Part shown: positions 1 to 8,658 of the stretch, piece after piece | Layout of the letters: every line of letters starts with the position of its first letter | Numbering within the stretch: the stretch's first letter is position 1 | Source of the DNA: an uncultured bacterium | GTDB taxonomy: Bacteria; Oederibacteriota; PGYV01; CAWJRG01 | Assembly: GCA_963845185.1 (NCBI GenBank) | Contig: CAWJRG010000002.1 | Location: forward strand, 1 to 14,822 | Reading direction: 5' to 3' | DNA length: 14,822 bases | Translations under genes and position numbers: made by a program | The notes under the pieces: model-generated | The model's database searches: none | Told to the model about the DNA's origin: nothing | Seen by the model: only the letters and a program-made list of their open reading frames with translations

Positions 1-38
1 GTTTATCCGCGGTAAATAAGAATAAATATAATTTACTT

Positions 39-617
39 TTAGTATTCCGGTTTCAATATATTTCTTAAGCTGAAATGCCCGGCAATGCTGTTGCTCTCCT
101 TGCCGTTTATCAGTATTTTCACGCCCTTGATGTCATTAAAATTCGAGCATATCGTATTTACCACGGAATAGGCCGTGAGGTATTCGCCTGTTGTCCCGCC
201 TTTGTGGTTTGAAGTCAATTCCTGCGAAAAATCAACATAGCAAAAGCTGTTGGCGTCAAGGTAAACTTCCCTGAGCGCAACCCCCTGCGGGATAAGCGAA
301 ACATACCCGCCTGGCGCGTCTTTCAGCAGTAAAAGTAATACCTGTTTTATCTGGTTTACCCTGTTTTTCGTGTCAAAAATCGTTGCTTTATACTGCTTAA
401 AGCCTTCTTTGTCTGGGTCTCCGAGATATAAAACGGCCTGTTTCTGCTTGTCCGTGGATGCATACAGCTCGTAAGATTTCACGGTTGCCTGGATTACGCC
501 GGCTTCTTTTTTGAAATAATTGGTATAAACGTAATAAAATGCCGCGACTGCCAGCAGTATTATAAGTATAAAAAGGAATGCGCCCGGTTTGTTTTTGCTT
601 TTTTCCTGCTTATCCAT
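39..617 (-). CDS. GerMN domain-containing membrane-anchored protein
   Basis: 192 aa. One N-terminal hydrophobic helix, then GerMN-like motifs (SLIPQGVALREVYLD, YVDFSQEL, GGTTGEYLTAYSVVNTI, VKILINGKE, AGHFSL). SD GGAGG upstream. Directly follows an amidase gene, a common pairing. Confidence 0.85.
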   Translation of the reverse strand: MDKQEKSKNKPGAFLFILIILLAVAAFYYVYTNYFKKEAGVIQATVKSYELYASTDKQKQAVLYLGDPDKEGFKQYKATIFDTKNRVNQIKQVLLLLLKDAPGGYVSLIPQGVALREVYLDANSFCYVDFSQELTSNHKGGTTGEYLTAYSVVNTICSNFNDIKGVKILINGKESNSIAGHFSLRNILKPEY

Positions 618-630
618 GAAAAATCCTCCG

Positions 631-1395
631 TCACTTGCCCTTTAAGTAATTTATTATGCCTTCCTTGATATGGTAGGCAATCACATTTTGTATTTTCGCG
701 TCCCTTAAATCAGCGAAGTTGTTCCTGTTGTTTAAATTTCCCGTCTCAATAAGCACGGCCGGCATGTCAAGGCCCACAAGCGGTTCCACGTACGTCCCTG
801 TTGTGCCCCTGTCCGCAAGCGGCACAATGTCGTTATCCTGGCCGCCGGTTTCTGCGCTGCCTTCCGCTATCAGGGATGCCTTCATGTACTGCTCGATGGT
901 TTCCGCAAATTTTTCGCTCTCGGCCTCGTGATTATACTGCACATCCTCCCATCTCGCGAGCCCGCCTGCGGCCGGCTTTTTATCTTCGTCTTCTCCCGAA
1001 AAATAATATACCTTGTAGCCGCCGTCGCCCGCCGGTTCGTAATCGCAATGGATCGAAACATAAACGTCTGCCCTTTTATTATTTGCAAGCCCGGCCCTTT
1101 CTTCCTCTTTTAAATAAGTGTCCGAACCCCTTGTCAATACGACTGAAATGCCTTTTTCGGAATTTATCAGCTTTTCAGCAGTCAGTTTTGCCAGTTTTAA
1201 ATTAATGTCCTTCTCGTAAACGCCGCCCACGTTGACTCCCCATTCTCCGCCGCCGTGGCCCGCGTCTATGACTACAATGTATCTCCTGTGATGCGCCTCG
1301 TCCATATCAGGCGGCACGGTAACCGACTGCTGGCCGGCAAATCCCGTTTCCGCCAGGACTAAAACGTAAAACAGTACTTTAAACAGTGTTTTCAT
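631..1395 (-). CDS. N-acetylmuramoyl-L-alanine amidase (Amidase_3 family)
   Basis: Zinc and catalytic motifs VVIDAGHGG, EKDINL, LTR, ADVYVSIHCD and PAVLIETG are present. Start placed at ATG 1395 (MKTLFKVLFYVLVLA, signal-peptide-like, GGAG upstream) rather than TTG 1413. Overlaps the accA 3' end by 17 nt. Confidence 0.9.
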   Translation of the reverse strand: MKTLFKVLFYVLVLAETGFAGQQSVTVPPDMDEAHHRRYIVVIDAGHGGGEWGVNVGGVYEKDINLKLAKLTAEKLINSEKGISVVLTRGSDTYLKEEERAGLANNKRADVYVSIHCDYEPAGDGGYKVYYFSGEDEDKKPAAGGLARWEDVQYNHEAESEKFAETIEQYMKASLIAEGSAETGGQDNDIVPLADRGTTGTYVEPLVGLDMPAVLIETGNLNNRNNFADLRDAKIQNVIAYHIKEGIINYLKGK

Positions 1396-2359
1396 TTTTA
1401 TTTTTCTCCGCAAATATGCCCATGTTCCTGAATTTCAGATACCTCTGCTCCACCAGCCTGTCCGCCGGAACTTTTACAAGCTGTTTTAAATGCCTCGCTA
1501 TGGCTTCTTTCAGCCTTTTGGCCGTGGTTTCAAAATCCGTATGGGCTCCCTCAAGCGGCTCCTCTATTATCTCGTCAATTATTTTCAGCTCTAATAAATC
1601 TTTCGCCGTGGGTTTCATTGCCTTTGCCGCGTCAGGTGCTTTCAAGCTGTCCCTCCATATTATGGCGGCGCATCCTTCAAAAGAAATCACGCAGTAGGTG
1701 GCGTAACTCAGCATAAGTATCCTGTCGCCAACCCCTATTCCCAGGGCGCCGCCGCTGCCGCCCTCTCCTATTACGCTCACTATTATCGGCACGCGGAGCC
1801 TGGCCATCTCAAGCAGGTTCCTTGCTATGGCCTCGGCAACCCCTCTTTCCTCGCCTTCCAGTCCCGGGTACGCGCCTGAAGTGTCGACAAAAGTAATCAC
1901 AGGCAGGTTGAATTTCTCGGCCTGCCTCATGAGGCGAAGGGCTTTCCTGTACCCTTCAGGCTGGCACATGCCGAAATTCCTGTAAAGGTTTTCCTTTGTA
2001 TTTTTGCCTTTTTGCGTGCCCATGACCATTACAGAAAGGCCGTCGAGCTTCGCAAGCCCGCCTATTAAAGCCTTGTCATCCTTATATGACCTGTCGCCGT
2101 GCAGTTCCTGGAAATCTGTAAACATGTAATTTATGTAATCCATGGTTTTGGGCCTCTGGATTACCCTCATAATCTGCACTATCTGCCACGGGGTCAGGTT
2201 TTTATATATTTCTTCCCGCATCTTTTCCGCTTTTTCTTCCAGTGGAGCCAGCTCGTCTTTGACGTCCATGCTTTTTTCCTTCGCAAAACTTTTTAACTCC
2301 TCTATTTTCTTTTTAAGTTCAGCGAGGGGCTTTTCAAAATCAAGGTAATGCTCAGCCAT
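1379..2359 (-). CDS. accA: acetyl-CoA carboxylase carboxyltransferase subunit alpha
   Basis: 326 aa with YLDFEKPL, LTPWQ, ELHGDR, NFGMCQPEGYRKALRLM, GEGGSGGALGIGVGD and RYLKFRNMG. SD AAGGAG upstream. Confidence 0.98.
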   Translation of the reverse strand: MAEHYLDFEKPLAELKKKIEELKSFAKEKSMDVKDELAPLEEKAEKMREEIYKNLTPWQIVQIMRVIQRPKTMDYINYMFTDFQELHGDRSYKDDKALIGGLAKLDGLSVMVMGTQKGKNTKENLYRNFGMCQPEGYRKALRLMRQAEKFNLPVITFVDTSGAYPGLEGEERGVAEAIARNLLEMARLRVPIIVSVIGEGGSGGALGIGVGDRILMLSYATYCVISFEGCAAIIWRDSLKAPDAAKAMKPTAKDLLELKIIDEIIEEPLEGAHTDFETTAKRLKEAIARHLKQLVKVPADRLVEQRYLKFRNMGIFAEKNKNENTV

Positions 2360-2419
2360 TAATTGCTCCTTATAGCTAGTTGGTTTTACTCTTAAGTTAC
2401 TGAAAAACTACTTTGCCGC

Positions 2420-2509
2420 TGTCATTGCGAGGAGCGAAGCGACGAATCAATCTCGCATTTAAAGGGAAAAACGAAATTGCCACGCTCCCTTCGGTCGCTC
2501 GCAATGACA
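2420..2509. repeat. 90-bp intergenic palindromic repeat element (REP/RPE-like, GTCATTGCGAG type)
   Basis: Perfect 12-bp terminal inverted repeats TGTCATTGCGAG (2420-2431) and CTCGCAATGACA (2498-2509). Further complementary segments: GGAGCG/CGCTCC, AGCGAC/GTCGCT and CAATCTCG/CGAAATTG (1 mismatch). Resembles the GTCATTGCGAG...GCAATCTC dispersed repeats I recall from many bacteria. Confidence 0.85.
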
Positions 2510-2520
2510 AAATAAACGTA

Positions 2521-3201
2521 CTAAAAATAGTTTATGTATAATACCTTTAATATGCGCGCAAGCTTCACGTCGTCGCTGCCGAGCCCGTATTTGATTCCAA
2601 CGCTTATTTCGATGGGGTCAAAAAAGTAGCCTATCCCCAAATTTAAGTGGCTGTAATCCTTCTGCAGTATGCCGTCATATTCGGCCGATATCACAAAATC
2701 CTTTGTAAGCGCTGCCGCTGCGCCGGCGGCCACGCTCAAATCCCTGCCGAAATGCGTAAACTCGTTTGTATAAATATCCCCGGTAAGCTGCAGGTACGTG
2801 GCTCCAAGGGCTATTTCTTTTGTCAGGGCCAAAAAAACGCCTTTGGCCGGCGAGTCCATGTAACCCTCGCCTTCGTAACCAAGCGTAATTGCCGGTATGG
2901 CGTCCTTATCATCGGTCAGCCTGATTTTGCCAAGGAATGTCGGAGGCAGGCTTACCGTAACGTTGCCTGCGCCGATTAAATTTTCTATGTCAAGACCGCA
3001 GCCTATCATGAGCCTGTCGAAAACACCCACATAAATCCTGTTTAATATCCCGCCTCCGGTATAGAATTTGGCGTCATACCGCACCTCGCCCTTGACAAGC
3101 GTGTTGGCGGTGGGCACGTCTATAAGTTCCAGGTTGCGCGCCTGCTCAGCGAAACATATAACCGGCGCCAGCAGAAACATTATCAGCATTATTTTTTTCA
3201 T
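2521..3201 (-). CDS. exported protein, YjbH-like putative outer-membrane beta-barrel
   Basis: 226 aa. Signal peptide MKKIMLIMFLLAPVICFA, N-terminal LIDVPTANTL motif typical of YjbH-like proteins, amphipathic beta-strand patterns (SHLNLGIGYFF, IEISVGIKY) and a terminal Phe (LYINYF). Confidence 0.6.
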   Translation of the reverse strand: MKKIMLIMFLLAPVICFAEQARNLELIDVPTANTLVKGEVRYDAKFYTGGGILNRIYVGVFDRLMIGCGLDIENLIGAGNVTVSLPPTFLGKIRLTDDKDAIPAITLGYEGEGYMDSPAKGVFLALTKEIALGATYLQLTGDIYTNEFTHFGRDLSVAAGAAAALTKDFVISAEYDGILQKDYSHLNLGIGYFFDPIEISVGIKYGLGSDDVKLARILKVLYINYF

Positions 3202-3255
3202 TTAGTTTTCACCTTAACTTTCTTTTATTTTGCCGGGTCAAAGGCGGGCTGCTCT

Positions 3256-3718
3256 TTATTTGTCGTCTGTGGTCAAAAACTTATTCAGTTCGTTCATGAA
3301 CGCGTTTACGTCCTTAAACTGCCTGTAAACAGAAGCGAACCTTACGTAAGCGACCTCGTCAAGCTTGCCCAGCCTTTCAGTCACCATTTCTCCTATAACT
3401 GAAGACATAACTTCTTTTTCCATTTTACTGTAAAGATGCTTTTCAATGTCGTCAATAACCCCCTCGAGCTGCTCAACCGATATCGGCCTTTTTTCAGACG
3501 CTTTCATGAGCCCGTTTAAAATCTTTTCTCCTGTCATACGGCTCGCGCCTGCCGTCCTTCTTGATAATCATGGGAAGGGCGTGCTCTATCTGCTCATAAG
3601 TGGTAAACCGCTTTGCGCATCGCATGCACTCACGGCGCCTTCTTATCGCCTCTCCGTCCCTGCTTTCGCGGGAGTCCACAACCTTGTCTTCTTTATATCC
3701 GCAATATGGGCATTTCAT
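3256..3718 (-). pseudogene. nrdR: transcriptional repressor NrdR, interrupted by a 1-nt insertion (pseudogene or sequencing error)
   Basis: ORF 3494-3718 gives the zinc ribbon ([30 protein letters not shown]) and the start of the ATP cone. ORF 3256-3537 gives the rest ([34 protein letters not shown]). Removing one base at the T4 run 3524-3527 gives a continuous 153-aa protein. Confidence 0.93.
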
Positions 3719-5991
3719 TTTTTAACCTTCTGGTTTAACTGCTCGATGGCCTGCTTTGGCCTTGGGTCATCCGGCCTCATCTGCGCAGCCGCCTCGTACA
3801 TGCTTATTGCTTTTTCATTATTGCCTACCTTTGTATACAGCACACCCAGGTTCAGGTAGCCTTCCTCGTAATTCGGGTTTACCTGCACAGCGCTTGAAAA
3901 CACCTCAATGGCTTTTTCGAACATTTTCATATTGACATAAATAATGCCGAGGTTGCTGTATGTCGACGACTCGGAAACAACGTCCTTAAACCACTGCTTG
4001 TTGTCTATAGCCTGCTCGTAATACTGCCTTGCAAGGTCCAGTTTCGAAGGCCCCTGCAGCATGTAAATATACCCCAGGTAACTCAGGGGGGTTGCAAGCG
4101 TGGGGTACATTTCCGCATAATGCTTGCATATATCTATGGCTTTGTCAAATTCCCTTTTATTGATGTAAATCGAGGCGAGGTCCATGCCGAAATACGCGTT
4201 GTTCGGGTCCCTGGTTATGGCTTCGGTGTAATACTTTATGGCGTCTTCAAATTTTACGACGTTCCCAATCTCGCCGTAAAACTTATAAACCCTCGCTACG
4301 TTATTGTAATTATAGCCGTTGTAAGGGTTCATCTTTATGGTATGCTCATGAATGCTTATGGCCGCGTTGATTGCCTCTGTCTTTTTATTCGGGTCGGTTT
4401 CCTCACGCATCACTTTTTCATACGCTATTCCGTACTTTACCCAGTATATTTCCCTTCCCGGCGCAAGCTCGACCGCTTTCACGTAATACGGTATTGCCAT
4501 TATGTCCTTGTCGGCAGACGTTCCTATATTTCCTATCTTGTAGTATATGTCCGCGGCCCAGTATCTCGTAAGGAAAATTTCAATTACCAGGCAAAAAAGA
4601 ACCAGCGCGCCTGCGACCATTGCCCTGTTGTTGTCAACAAAAGCGGAAAACTCCCTTGAAAAATTGTACGTGTATGTTTTCCTTTGCGAGCTGTCGAGGA
4701 CTATTATCATGCCCAGCCCTCCCCAGAAAATAAATCCGTAGGATGCCACCGTATAATTGAACAGGCCCTGCACAAAAAACGCGATGATGGCCATCATGAC
4801 CCCGAAAGCAAGGTACCTTTTTTGGATGTCTTTTTCGCCGAAAATCATATTAAAAGACTTTTTAAAGAATGAAACTATTAACAGCATAAAAACGCCGAAT
4901 CCAACCGCGCCCTGCGTCGCAAGCACCTGAAGGAATATGTTGTGCGTTTTTTCAGGCGTGCCGTTCCATTCGAGCTGCCAGTAAATCGGCAGCCTGTAAT
5001 AAGGGAACATTACCTGGAAAGTGTCAAGCCCTGAGCCGAGCAGCACCCTGTCCCTGAACATCGCAAGCGCGCTCTTCCAAATGTACATTCTCGGTGTCAG
5101 CGCCCAGCCCTTTATTGTAAAAAGGCTCCTTGTCCTGTCCCATACCATTGCGAACGCGGTTTGGACCTTGGGATGCAAAAAAGACAGTATAATCAGGATG
5201 CCGGCCATTATAAACCATATCTTATTTTTAGAAAAAAGCTCGTTCTCTGTTTTTCTCGAGTCTATGTAGCTGTATACGGCTATAAAAACCATCGTGACTA
5301 TAAAACTCAGCATGCCGCCCCTGGATTTTGTAAAAAACAGCACCACGATGGACACAAAAAGCACGGCAAGGATTATTATCTTTTTCAAGTTTTCGCGGGT
5401 CATAAAGAACAGTATGAACATGGGCGGTATTGTCGATACAAGGTACGCAGCCAGGAAGTTTGGGTTGCCGAGCGTCGCGAAAAACCTCTCAGGGCTGTAA
5501 GTATCCGGGTTCCACATTACAAAATCCCATCCAAAATTCTGGGCAATTCCGTATATGGAAATAATTCCTGATGCTATCAGCATTGCCAAAAAAATCTTTT
5601 TTATCATTTCGGTTTTATTCGCAAAATTGACTATTATAAAATAAAGCATTACATAATTAAGCATGGTCAAAATGCCCTCATAATCCTCATAAACCCCGAA
5701 TATGGAAACATAGATGTTGATTGTAAATATAGTGCTTAAAACGCACGTGATAAAATAGCCCACCATGGGGAAATCAAAATCAGTCCTTACGAGGGTTAGT
5801 TTTTTTTCCTGCATTACTACGGTGTACAGCCAAATTGCGCAGATTAAAATGGTAAAAAACCTGAAAATAAACATCTTGTTTATTTCAAAAACGTCGTTTG
5901 TCCGCGTGTAAAAGATGACGGGAATCAGTATTGTCATCGCTATTATCGAAATCTCTATGGTTTTATTTATGTATTTCCTTATATCCTGCAT
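3715..5991 (-). CDS. O-antigen ligase (Wzy_C/WaaL/PglL-like) family membrane protein with C-terminal TPR repeats
   Basis: 758 aa. Roughly a dozen hydrophobic helices, motifs [41 protein letters not shown] and THNIFLQ, followed by TPR units ([37 protein letters not shown]). ATGA overlap with nrdR. Confidence 0.88.
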   Translation of the reverse strand: MQDIRKYINKTIEISIIAMTILIPVIFYTRTNDVFEINKMFIFRFFTILICAIWLYTVVMQEKKLTLVRTDFDFPMVGYFITCVLSTIFTINIYVSIFGVYEDYEGILTMLNYVMLYFIIVNFANKTEMIKKIFLAMLIASGIISIYGIAQNFGWDFVMWNPDTYSPERFFATLGNPNFLAAYLVSTIPPMFILFFMTRENLKKIIILAVLFVSIVVLFFTKSRGGMLSFIVTMVFIAVYSYIDSRKTENELFSKNKIWFIMAGILIILSFLHPKVQTAFAMVWDRTRSLFTIKGWALTPRMYIWKSALAMFRDRVLLGSGLDTFQVMFPYYRLPIYWQLEWNGTPEKTHNIFLQVLATQGAVGFGVFMLLIVSFFKKSFNMIFGEKDIQKRYLAFGVMMAIIAFFVQGLFNYTVASYGFIFWGGLGMIIVLDSSQRKTYTYNFSREFSAFVDNNRAMVAGALVLFCLVIEIFLTRYWAADIYYKIGNIGTSADKDIMAIPYYVKAVELAPGREIYWVKYGIAYEKVMREETDPNKKTEAINAAISIHEHTIKMNPYNGYNYNNVARVYKFYGEIGNVVKFEDAIKYYTEAITRDPNNAYFGMDLASIYINKREFDKAIDICKHYAEMYPTLATPLSYLGYIYMLQGPSKLDLARQYYEQAIDNKQWFKDVVSESSTYSNLGIIYVNMKMFEKAIEVFSSAVQVNPNYEEGYLNLGVLYTKVGNNEKAISMYEAAAQMRPDDPRPKQAIEQLNQKVKK

Positions 5992-6014
5992 GTTTATTCC
6001 GTTCCTCCGGCCTG

Positions 6015-7259
6015 TTACCTGTAAACCGGGAATTTGGCGCAGAGCTTTTTTACTTCTTTTTTTACCCCGTCTTTTATATTTTTATCGCCAGTATTCTTCA
6101 GCACCCTGTCAATCCATTCCGCAATCTGCTTGATTTCTTTTTCTTTCATTCCCCTAGCTGTTATCGCGGGCGTCCCAATCCTTATTCCGCTTGTTATAAA
6201 GGGGTTTTGAGTGTCAAAAGGCACGCCGTTCTTGTTAATCACAATGCCCGCTTCCTCGCACGCTATTGCCGCTTCTTTGCCTGTTATGTTGTTCGGCCTT
6301 AAGTCAATGAGTATCAAATGGCATTCCGTGCCTCCGGTCAGTACTTTATAACCCTTTCCCATCATTTCAGCCGCGAGTGTTTTAGCGTTGCTTAAAATTT
6401 GCTTCTGGTATTCCTTAAATTCCTTTGTCATCGCTTCTTTAAAGCAGACTGCTTTTGCCGCTATTATGTGCATGAGCGGCCCCCCCTGTATGCCCGGGAA
6501 CACAGCCGAGTTTATTGCCTTGGCGTATTTTTCCCTGCAAAGTATAAGGCCTGCCCTTGGGCCTTTCAGCGTTTTGTGCGTCGTGGTTGTCACAAAATCG
6601 CAGAAAGGCATTGGGTCCGGGTATAATTTCGCGGTTACCAGCCCGGCGTAATGCGCGATATCCGCCAGAAGGTACGCGCCTGTCTCATCCGCTATTTCCC
6701 TGAATTTCTTGAAATCAATTGCCCCGGGATAGGCGCTCGCGCCGCATACAATAATTTTCGGTTTTACTTCTCTTGCGGTTTTTAAAACCTCGTCATAATC
6801 TATTAAATACGTGTCCTTGTTTACCTGGTAAAAAAATGATTTGTATATTTTCCCGGAAGACGAGGCTGGCGCTCCGTGCGTAAGGTGGCCTCCTGCCGCC
6901 AGGTTCATTCCCAGGATAACGTCCCCCGGTTGGAGCATGGCAAGGTAAACTGCCTGGTTTGCCTGCGAGCCCGAATTCGGCTGGACATTGGCGTGTTCCG
7001 CGCCGAAAAGCTCCTTTGCCCTGTCAATCGCTATCTGCTCAATCCTGTCGTAATACTCGCACCCCTGGTAAAATCTTTTGCCCGGGTATCCTTCGGCATA
7101 TTTATTCGTGAGAACAGAACCCTGCGCCTGGAGTATTGCTTCATCTGCGTAATTTTCAGAAGCAATCATCAGGAGATTTTCTTTCTGCCTTATTACTTCC
7201 TTGTCTATCAGTTCCGCGATTTCCGGATCCACCTTTTTAATATACCCTGTAAAATCCAT
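6015..7259 (-). CDS. glyA: serine hydroxymethyltransferase
   Basis: 414 aa with [25 protein letters not shown], the PLP-lysine motif [20 protein letters not shown] and [19 protein letters not shown] upstream. Confidence 0.99.
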   Translation of the reverse strand: MDFTGYIKKVDPEIAELIDKEVIRQKENLLMIASENYADEAILQAQGSVLTNKYAEGYPGKRFYQGCEYYDRIEQIAIDRAKELFGAEHANVQPNSGSQANQAVYLAMLQPGDVILGMNLAAGGHLTHGAPASSSGKIYKSFFYQVNKDTYLIDYDEVLKTAREVKPKIIVCGASAYPGAIDFKKFREIADETGAYLLADIAHYAGLVTAKLYPDPMPFCDFVTTTTHKTLKGPRAGLILCREKYAKAINSAVFPGIQGGPLMHIIAAKAVCFKEAMTKEFKEYQKQILSNAKTLAAEMMGKGYKVLTGGTECHLILIDLRPNNITGKEAAIACEEAGIVINKNGVPFDTQNPFITSGIRIGTPAITARGMKEKEIKQIAEWIDRVLKNTGDKNIKDGVKKEVKKLCAKFPVYR

Positions 7260-7303
7260 CTTGTCCTCCTATAACAGCGTTTGTTTTGTAAAGCCGAAGG
7301 TTT

Positions 7304-7753
7304 TTATTTGAAATTTTTGTTTTCGATTTCTTTTATTTTATTAATCCTGTTTTCATGCCTGCCTGCTTCGAATTTTGTATTAAGCCATGAATCCAGTATT
7401 GCCCTTGCAAGCGTCTTGCCTATCAGCCTTCCGGGCAAAACAATTACGTTTGAATTGTTGTGCTTCCTGCTCATTTCCGCGGTGTAGGTATTATCCACAA
7501 GCGCCGCGTAAATGCCTTTAAATTTGTTGGCTGTGATGTCCATGCCTATGCCTGAGCCGCACACGAGCAGCCCCCTGTCGGACTGGCCCGAAAGGACCGA
7601 CTCGCATACCTTGACGGTATAATCCGGGTAATCGCAGGATTTTTCCTCAAATGTGCCGAAATCCGTGTAAGTTATCTTTTTTTCATCCAGGAATTTTTTT
7701 AAATCTTCCTTTAATTCCCAGCCTGCATGGTCACTTCCGATTGCTATTTTCAT
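7304..7753 (-). CDS. rpiB: ribose 5-phosphate isomerase B
   Basis: 149 aa with IGSDHAG, DYPD, VCGSGIGM, ANK, HNNSNV and FEAGRHENRI. Sits just upstream of glyA, a common arrangement. Confidence 0.97.
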   Translation of the reverse strand: MKIAIGSDHAGWELKEDLKKFLDEKKITYTDFGTFEEKSCDYPDYTVKVCESVLSGQSDRGLLVCGSGIGMDITANKFKGIYAALVDNTYTAEMSRKHNNSNVIVLPGRLIGKTLARAILDSWLNTKFEAGRHENRINKIKEIENKNFK

Positions 7754-8435
7754 TGTCTCCCTCGTTTATAAGAAATTTATGCTCGCTGTTATATTTATCA
7801 ACCGCCCCCCTGCAGAAAATTATGTCCCACAGCCATGACACGGTAAACATTGCCGCTCCTGTGGCGCCTAAAATATATGTTGTTGAATAATTCTGGTTCG
7901 GGTCATAAGGCTGCACTAACTGTGCCGCGCTTATGGCGGAAATTATAACGCCTACTATTTCGCTCGACAAAAGCGACATGCCCATATTGCTGTCTTTCGC
8001 GTACAAACTGCCTGCTCCGTGTATTAAAACCCCGGGGAATATGGATTTCGCAAAGGCGGTGTCTTCCGCGAGTGGCACAACCAGCGTATTTACGTCCACG
8101 TCGCCGGGAGTTAAATGTGTTTCCTCAAGCCAGTTTGAAGGAGTAGTTGTGTGTTTTATGTCGCGCACTTCAACCCAGGGTATTGATATTTCATCCCTGG
8201 ACTTTTCTATTTTTGCGTTTTTTACTTTTTGGGGTTCGCTGGTTTCTTTCCCAGCCGGCTTTGCCGTTTCAGCCTGTCCGGGTTTTGCCAGCCTGACATT
8301 AACGTAATAATCGTCAAAATTTATGATATCAGCCTCAAATACCTGCTCATCTTTCAGCGTAATCCTGTCCGCGTATGAATTCACCGGCAGAATCCAGGCT
8401 GCGCATATAAAAAGCGCCGCCGCTAGTTTTTTCAT
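7731..8435 (-). CDS. hypothetical exported/membrane protein
   Basis: Start placed at ATG 8435 (SD AAGGAG; signal peptide MKKLAAALFICAAWILPVNSYA), giving 234 aa. Small N-terminal beta-rich domain (DRITLKDEQVFEADI), a Lys/Pro/Glu linker, then SIFPGVLIHGAGSLYA and two hydrophobic segments. Overlaps rpiB by 23 nt. Confidence 0.75.
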   Translation of the reverse strand: MKKLAAALFICAAWILPVNSYADRITLKDEQVFEADIINFDDYYVNVRLAKPGQAETAKPAGKETSEPQKVKNAKIEKSRDEISIPWVEVRDIKHTTTPSNWLEETHLTPGDVDVNTLVVPLAEDTAFAKSIFPGVLIHGAGSLYAKDSNMGMSLLSSEIVGVIISAISAAQLVQPYDPNQNYSTTYILGATGAAMFTVSWLWDIIFCRGAVDKYNSEHKFLINEGDNENSNRK

Positions 8436-8497
8436 TGCGAAATCTCCTTTCATCCGTTTATTTTGCCGAATCTTATATCCGCTCAAATTAAAAAAAT

Positions 8498-8514
8498 ATG
8501 CATATCAAGTGCCT
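8498..8514 (-). promoter_or_regulatory. candidate sigma54 (-24/-12) promoter
   Basis: Minus strand reads AGGCACTTGATATGCAT: GG-N10-GC spacing with GGCAC and TGCA matching the consensus TGGCAC-N5-TTGCW, about 63 nt upstream of ATG 8435. Confidence 0.45.
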
Positions 8515-8565
8515 AAAAAAGGCCTCAGCCAATGAATTTTTATTAATTTTTATCGAACGAAAACG

Positions 8566-8594
8566 ATTATATATTATAAATATAAAAAGGTCAA
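8566..8594 (-). promoter_or_regulatory. sigma70-type promoter for the hypothetical-rpiB-glyA unit
   Basis: TTGACC (8594-8589), 17-nt spacer, TATAAT (8571-8566) on the minus strand, in an AT-rich intergenic gap. Confidence 0.75.
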
Positions 8595-8658
8595 GGATGG
8601 TTTTAAATTAATGTTTTTTACGGCATTTTACGCAGTTTTAAGTCTTTTTTCCCCTGTT

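Noticed and set aside
2396..2411. GTTACTGAAAAACTAC as a possible IS terminal inverted repeat
   Set aside because: No matching partner end, target-site duplication or transposase was found in the window.
2420..2509. The palindrome as a tRNA, CRISPR repeat or intrinsic terminator
   Set aside because: No cloverleaf or T-loop motif, only one copy with no spacers, and no U-tract after the stem on the transcribed strand.
3514..3520. Slippery heptamer T TTA AAC in nrdR
   Set aside because: It is phased in the downstream frame, so a -1 slip would move out of the correct frame rather than repair the break.
3523..3533. Programmed +1 frameshifting at AGG-(AGA)-AAA-G, a context shared by the nrdR break and the TPR break at 13243-13249
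   Set aside because: The same in-frame AGG AAA G occurs in intact accA (1948-1942, YRKA) with no shift needed, and the third indel (13899-13900) is in the opposite direction. Homopolymer error is simpler.
8515..8530. Possible terminator or attenuator GGC-TGAG-GCC-TTTTTT in the leader
   Set aside because: The stem is only 3 bp, too weak to call. No riboswitch consensus was recognised in this leader.
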